A stretch of DNA of 44,005 bases, taken from positions 1 through 44,005 of the forward strand of contig CAXXVK010000051.1 of NCBI GenBank assembly GCA_963676915.2. The letters are read 5' to 3'. The position numbers were made by a program, and so were the translations under genes. Position 1 is the stretch's first letter; every line of letters starts with the position of its first letter. Source of the stretch: Myxococcota bacterium. GTDB taxonomy: Bacteria > Myxococcota_A > SURF-8 > G963663525. Below are positions 38,283 through 44,005 of the stretch, one piece after another. The notes beneath the pieces were generated by a model. The model had not been told where the DNA came from and ran no database searches. It saw nothing but the letters and a program-made list of their open reading frames with translations.

Positions 38283-40543
38283 GTCCGTTCCTCCTTTACG
38301 AGTTTCTTCGTACCCCAACTATAGGCCAACAATACGAGGAAAATCAGCGTCGCATAGGCCGCCGCATAGCCGTATTGCTCCTGGCGGGTGAACGCCCAGC
38401 GATAGGCTTCCGAAATTAGGATTTCGGTGGACCCGTCCGGTTCGCCGCCGGAAACAAGATAAATGATATTGAACATGTTGAACGTCCAGACGCTTCCTAA
38501 AATGACAGCCGGTAAAAGCGCCGGTTTGACGAGTGGCAACGTGATTCGGAAAAACCTCGTAAAGCGTCCCGCGCCATCGACTTCCGCCGCTTCTTCCAAT
38601 TCCGACGGAATCGCCTGGAGCGCTCCCAGCGTCACAACCATCATGAACGGGAACCCAAGCCAGGTATTCGTAGCAAGGTTGGCGGCAAACGCCGTCCAGA
38701 AATGGCTGAACCAGGTCACGGGTTCCACTCCCAGCCAGACGAGCAAACCGTTAACCGCTCCGAACTGCCGATGAAACATGCCTTTCCAGATCAACGCCGT
38801 AATGTAGTTCGGCACCGCCCACGGCACGATCAGCAAAACACGGTACACTCCGCGCAATTTCAGCCATTCGGGGTGAAGCAGCAGCGCCAGCGACAACCCC
38901 AGGCTCACATGCAAAGCCACGTTGGCAACGGTCCACATCACGGTAACGACAAGCGTAAAATAGAACGAAAGCGGATCGGTTGCCGGGTAGTCTTCACAGG
39001 CGAGAATGCTACCGAAGTTGGACAATCCCACAAACGTGAATTCTCCGGCGCGATGGGCGAAAAGCGACACCAGCGTTCCCACGAGAAACGGAACGAACAC
39101 GAGAAGAATCATTCCGACTGCCGAGGGTGCAATGTAGGCATAGGCCGAACGATGACGCCACATGTCCGAAAACGTATCGGCTCGTTTCATTTTGCGCCAG
39201 AACACGACAGTCAGCCCTAAAACAAGCACCAAAGCACTCAACAGGTAAACCAAAGGATTGGCCGCTTTCGGTGCAGGGCGCGTAACGATTTTCAGGTTTC
39301 TATCGGCCTGTTCGAGCGCTTGCTCGGATGTAGCCGCGCCACGCAGCACCTGCCGTAGCGCCTGGTTGGCAGGCTCCCACACCGAGCGCATCAATGGATG
39401 GTTGGGCATGGGTTTCGTATCGTTCACCTGCTCTTTGAAACGCAATAGGTGAACCATACCTTCGGATCGGCTTGTGTTTCCCGGTGTTTCGTAGGCTTTG
39501 TACGCAGCTTTCCAGGCGACGGTCTGCCGTCCCTGCTCCAAACGCCAACTCGCACCTTTTCCCGTCGTCAGAAACCGGGCGAAACGCCGAAGTTCATCAA
39601 GATCCCGCTTGGAATGTTGTGCGACGAAAAGCCCCTCCACCGTCAAAAACGGCATAGCCCGTTTTCCGGTCGCGGAAACCACAGGCAAAGGAAACACTTT
39701 GTATGACGTGGAAGAATCGATCTCTCCCATGAACCACGGCCCGTTGATCACAAGAGCGGCTTTGTCTTCGTTGAAAAGTTGGGATACAAGCGAAGAGGTC
39801 GGTTCTGCCGGAAGAATTTCACGGTCCGAAAGATCCTTCACAAAGGCCAACGATCGCGCATTTTCGGGACGATTCAGCCGTACCGTTCCATCTGTGGAAA
39901 ACAATTTCCCGCCGAATCCGTACAACCATGCGGCGTGATGGTAAAAATTACCCACCTCGTAGGCCAGACAGAATTTTCCATTGTACTCTTTTTGGAACTT
40001 TTCGCAAAAAACCAGCAATTCATCTGTGGTTCGAGGGACGTTCGCTTCCTTGAAAAACCGGGGATTGGCGAACATCGCGGTACTTTTGAACGACAGCGGC
40101 CACCCGTACAAGCGATTTTCCACGGTCAGCGCGTCCACCGTAGCAGGAAAATAGCTCTCCTTCAGGACCGACGGATTCTCCCCTTGACCGAGGGGCTGTA
40201 CGATATCGGATCTCACCCAATCCCCAAGACGCTCGTGAGCGGCAATGAACAAATCCGGCCCATTGCCGCGAGGAACGGCCGAGGTCAGCTTGTTGCCATA
40301 CGCTTCGAACGGCACGGCCAGCGGTTCCACCTTCTCGCCGGGATGCTGAACGTTCCATTCCTGGATCACCCGTTCGAGCGCCGCACGTTCCTCGCCCCGG
40401 TAACTGTGCCACAAACGAAGGCTTCGAGTCTCCTCCGCTCCGGCGTAAAAAGGCAGAAACACAAGCAACAACACAAACAGGCACCCTTTGACAGCCTTTG
40501 GCACGAACGGACGGGTTTTGTAACAAAACGTTTTCATGCTCAT
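38279..40543 (-). CDS. Fused sugar-binding protein (MalE-like) and ABC permease (MalF-like)
   Basis: Signal peptide, then GPDLFIAAHERLG, LYGWPLSFKS and INGPWF (SBP_bac_8-like). C-terminal TM region has LIVPWAVP, NTWLGFPFMM and LQAIPSELEEAAEVDGA. Single uninterrupted ORF. Confidence 0.9.
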   Translation of the reverse strand: MSMKTFCYKTRPFVPKAVKGCLFVLLLVFLPFYAGAEETRSLRLWHSYRGEERAALERVIQEWNVQHPGEKVEPLAVPFEAYGNKLTSAVPRGNGPDLFIAAHERLGDWVRSDIVQPLGQGENPSVLKESYFPATVDALTVENRLYGWPLSFKSTAMFANPRFFKEANVPRTTDELLVFCEKFQKEYNGKFCLAYEVGNFYHHAAWLYGFGGKLFSTDGTVRLNRPENARSLAFVKDLSDREILPAEPTSSLVSQLFNEDKAALVINGPWFMGEIDSSTSYKVFPLPVVSATGKRAMPFLTVEGLFVAQHSKRDLDELRRFARFLTTGKGASWRLEQGRQTVAWKAAYKAYETPGNTSRSEGMVHLLRFKEQVNDTKPMPNHPLMRSVWEPANQALRQVLRGAATSEQALEQADRNLKIVTRPAPKAANPLVYLLSALVLVLGLTVVFWRKMKRADTFSDMWRHRSAYAYIAPSAVGMILLVFVPFLVGTLVSLFAHRAGEFTFVGLSNFGSILACEDYPATDPLSFYFTLVVTVMWTVANVALHVSLGLSLALLLHPEWLKLRGVYRVLLIVPWAVPNYITALIWKGMFHRQFGAVNGLLVWLGVEPVTWFSHFWTAFAANLATNTWLGFPFMMVVTLGALQAIPSELEEAAEVDGAGRFTRFFRITLPLVKPALLPAVILGSVWTFNMFNIIYLVSGGEPDGSTEILISEAYRWAFTRQEQYGYAAAYATLIFLVLLAYSWGTKKLVKEERT

Positions 40544-41624
40544 TCGACCGGAACCAAGGCGTTTTGAGTTTCAGGATCGAAAGGTTTGACATCCGAAGGA
40601 TCGACGGCAAACGTGATCTCCGAACCGGGTCGGACCTGCGGAAGTTCATTCGCCGCCACATGAGCGATGATTTCCCTTTCTCCTACTCGTGCATGAAGAT
40701 GAAGATCCCAACCTACCGTTTCAATCACCTCCACCGTAGCCGTGATCTTTCCGGGCAGTCGTTCATCCAACCGCAGTTCGTGCGGACGAATGCCTATATC
40801 CAACATTTCCGGCAGGTTGGCACCAGCGAATTTTTCACCGATGGGAATGTCTACTCCTTGCCCTTCCAACATCCCGTTTTTGACGGTGACTCGTAAAATA
40901 TTCATCGGCGGCGATCCGATGAACTCCGCGACAAACCGTGAGATTGGTCTTTCGTACAGATTTCGCGGCGTATCCACCTGGCGTGCAAACCCACCTTCCA
41001 GCACGCAAATACGGTCGGCAAGCGTCATGGCTTCGATTTGATCGTGGGTGACGTAAATCATCGTCGCACCGAGCTTTTGATGGAGTTTTTTCAACTCCAC
41101 CCGCATTTCCGCCCGCAGGTTCGCATCCAGGTTGGACAACGGTTCGTCGAACAGAAACACCCGTGGACGCCGCACGATAGCGCGACCGATAGCCACCCGC
41201 TGGCGCTGACCGCCGGAAAGTTGCTTGGGGTAGCGATCGAGCAGCGTTTCCAAACCCAGCATTTTTGCAGCATCTTCGACTTTTCGGGCCACATCCACCT
41301 TGGGTTGTTTACGAACCGTCAAAGAAAACGCCATGTTGTCGCGTACGGTCATGTGCGGATACAAGGCGTAGGACTGAAACACCATTGCCACGTCACGGTC
41401 TTTCGGTGCCACACACGGTTGACCCGCCTCTCACCGATGAAAAGCTCTCCGCCGGTGATATCCTCCAGCCCCGCAATACAACGCAGCAACGTTGATTTTC
41501 CGCAGCCACTGGGACCGACCAGCACCAGAAATTCTCCGTCCGAAATCTCCAGATCGATCCCTTTCAGGATATGCACGTCTTTTCCGTAGGTCTTTCGGAT
41601 GTCTTTTAGCGTCAAACCGGCCAT
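40540..41624 (-). CDS. malK: Sugar ABC transporter ATP-binding protein (MalK/UgpC family); 2-bp frameshift near 41412
   Basis: GPSGCGKST; removing an extra TG in a GT run restores [23 protein letters not shown]; [18 protein letters not shown] and YVTHDQ. Confidence 0.9.
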
Positions 41625-41635
41625 GATCGTCGTTC

Positions 41636-43602
41636 CTATTGCACTACGAGAATTCTTACGGATTGCGCGGGCACCGAAAGGTCGAGCGTCCCACCTGCAC
41701 CCACGGAAAAACTCGAGGAAGAATCCAGCACATCGGTCAATACCGTCCCAGGAGCGAATGAAACCGCCATGGCGCCTCCACCCGAATCATAGGCGTTGGT
41801 GGAACTGCTTTTCTCCTTGTGAGCATTGATCGCCACAAGCACCGTTTCATCGCCGTAGGTTCGCTCGAACGCGAACATCCCCGCATCCGTTTCGCTTTCT
41901 GTGTGTTGGCTGGACCATACAACCTTCATTTCTCCGCGACGAAGCGATGCATAACGTTTTCGGGCATCGATGAGTTTTCGAATCCACCGAAACGTGCTTC
42001 CCGACGTATCGAAACCCGAGCGCCACAAATCCTCGCGATTCGCCGGATCGTTTCCGCCGTTGAAATCCTGCTCGGTCCCGTAGTAGAGGCAGGGAATGCC
42101 GTCCATCGTCAAAAGCAATGCCAATGCGGCTCGAAGCGTTCCCGTATCGCAATGACAGTCATAGAGATTCGCATCGCAGCTTTGCCCCTCCGGAAGACAG
42201 GGCAGATTTTCCGAAACCGTCGTCCACAAACAGAAATCTCGGCAGGTCGTGATTGTCGAGGAAATTCACTAAAAGCTTGTAAGGCGGCACCAGCGCTCCT
42301 TGTGCATCCGTCGGGCCATCCACGTTGGGCGTGATACCGTAGTTCTGATTTTCTTCCGTTACCGTGTCGCCGGGGAAACGGTAGCCCCAAAGATCCTCGA
42401 TTCCTTTCGTAGCCTGCCCCGACTTGAACACGCCATCGAACGCCGTGAATTTTTGCGAAAAATAGAACACGGAATCCATCTCCTGATTTTCCGTAAAACT
42501 CCCGATCAAAGCATCGTTTCCGTCAAAAGCTTCTCCGAACATGAAAAAGTTCTTTTTCCCGGCAATCTTGGCCCGTTTGCGAATTTCGGGGCAGAAATAC
42601 TGCCAGAACTCATGCTCCACATGCTTGATCGTATCGATGCGAAAGCCGTCGAAATCGGCAGCCTCGATCCAGTAGGCGTAGGCATCGACCAGCGCGACCC
42701 GTACTTCGGCAAGCTCCGTGTTGATATCCTTCAATCCACCGGGGAAATCCCCCTTTGTTTCCTGAAGCCTCACGTAGTCGTAACAGGCCGAATCGTGGTC
42801 CAGTAGGCACCGCTATCGTAGGTGGTCTGGTCGATCACTCCCGCACCGAGGCAGGCGTCCAACTCGCGACCCCAGACCGTCACCCGCCCCATGCGGTTGT
42901 ACCAGTCGTCGTTGGCGAATTCGGGTGGCCAGGGAGGTACGCGGTTGATTTCCGGGTTCCAGATCCATTCGATTGGCGCACGTCCCGACGCCCCCAGCGA
43001 CGTAACCGCCTGCACGCCCCGACTGTCGAAATCGGGATCCCACTCGGTGGTTCGCGTCAAAGGCGATTGTGTACCGCTACCCATCACCAACTCATTGGGT
43101 TGACCGTTGCGGTTGATATCGTAATAAAAAAGCTGGCCGATATGATTGGTGACGATATCGAGAATCACCTTGATACCCCGCTCGTGGCAGGCATCCACCA
43201 TCTCGCGCAATTTCGCCAGGTCTCCGAAATGCGGATTGACCTCGATGAAATTCTGCGTCCAATAGCCATGGTATCCGGCCACGCCCGCATCTTCCTCGAC
43301 GTTCTTGACCACGGGAGAAATCCATAAGGCCGTAACGCCCAGTTCCTCCAGATAGTCGAGATGGTCGATTACACCCTGATAATCGCCGCCGTGGTAAGCG
43401 GCGGGAGAATCGGGAATCACGTTGTAATCGTTGTTCGCATCCCCGTTGGCAAAGCGATCCACCATCAGTTGGTAGATGATTTCATCCCGCCAGTCTTCGA
43501 CGTGGTTGGTCAGAGCTTTATTGCTCGCCGGTTCTGGATCGACACAAGAATACGCAAGAAAACGATGACCCAAAACACCGGAAGGATTCGAATGTATCTC
43601 AT
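41636..43602 (-). CDS. GH13 alpha-amylase-family lipoprotein; frameshifts near 43560, 42800 and 42210
   Basis: [58 protein letters not shown] and [11 protein letters not shown]. Corrected N-terminus is [20 protein letters not shown] (lipobox-like). Confidence 0.88.
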
Positions 43603-43614
43603 GATTTTTTCTCC

Positions 43615-44005
43615 TTACCGGTAACTGCTGCTATCGAGCCACCATTCCACCTGCACACCGAAATAGTGCTGCCAGGAGGCGTCCCGCCGAGCATCCCAGG
43701 CCGGGAAAAGATCGAGCGCCGCCCCGTTCAGGTGACTGGCCGTATAAACCAAGCGAAACTGCGGACGCTGGTACATGCCGCGATCCAACGACAAAGCAGG
43801 CATGACCGAAAGCTGCCACACTTGGGGTATCAACAACCGCTCGTCATTCGGTCCAAGCCCGTTTGGACGCTTCCACTGGTGGGAAACTTCGAAAAGCTGA
43901 TGAAAGTGCCTCGTGATAAAAACTCCCGGTCGCACCACGGCGATGCCTTCCCAGTAATCGTCCAGATCCTCGCGGTTGCCGTCGGCATCTTCGAAATAGC
44001 GCCCA
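43615..44005 (-). CDS. Carbohydrate porin (LamB-like), 3' part
   Basis: Frame open to the window edge; amphipathic beta strands, RPQFRLVYT and terminal YFGVQVEWW typical of maltoporin-type barrels; upstream of the amylase/ABC genes. Confidence 0.75.
   Translation of the reverse strand, partial: GRYFEDADGNREDLDDYWEGIAVVRPGVFITRHFHQLFEVSHQWKRPNGLGPNDERLLIPQVWQLSVMPALSLDRGMYQRPQFRLVYTASHLNGAALDLFPAWDARRDASWQHYFGVQVEWWLDSSSYR

Noticed and set aside
41400-41420. Programmed frameshift or phase variation at the malK GT run (and at the other indels)
   Set aside because: Runs are very short, no slippery heptamer or stimulatory structure is seen, and similar indels hit unrelated genes; assembly error is simpler.

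Overview
Bacterial chromosomal window, probably from an uncultured deltaproteobacterial or Myxococcota-like genome; that lineage is inferred from gene content only. From left to right it holds: the start of mce; an ABC-exported (Wzm/Wzt) surface-glycan cluster with glycosyltransferases, a SAM methyltransferase and a radical SAM/SPASM enzyme; serS; a hybrid histidine kinase; TrmH-family, RDD-family, methyltransferase and GT2 genes; and a GltJ/AgmX-like membrane protein with four 33-aa repeats. Next is a dissimilatory sulfur cluster on the minus strand (aprB-aprA-small Cys protein-YkgJ-qmoA-qmoB-HdrD-like, with no qmoC or sat). It is followed by lipoprotein genes (an alpha/beta hydrolase, three tandem FGE-sulfatase/CLec-fold paralogues, an Ig-domain protein) and a maltodextrin-type uptake operon (porin, GH13 lipoprotein, ATPase, SBP-permease fusion, permease). 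Intergenic DNA carries several small palindromic elements: two GTAG REP doublets (one nested in a MITE with TIRs and a 9-bp TSD) and two copies of a ~91-bp multi-hairpin repeat with a compensatory change. Nine 1-2 bp frameshifts split six genes, almost all in short repeat runs, most likely as assembly errors. No rRNA, tRNA, CRISPR array, transposase or reverse transcriptase was seen.
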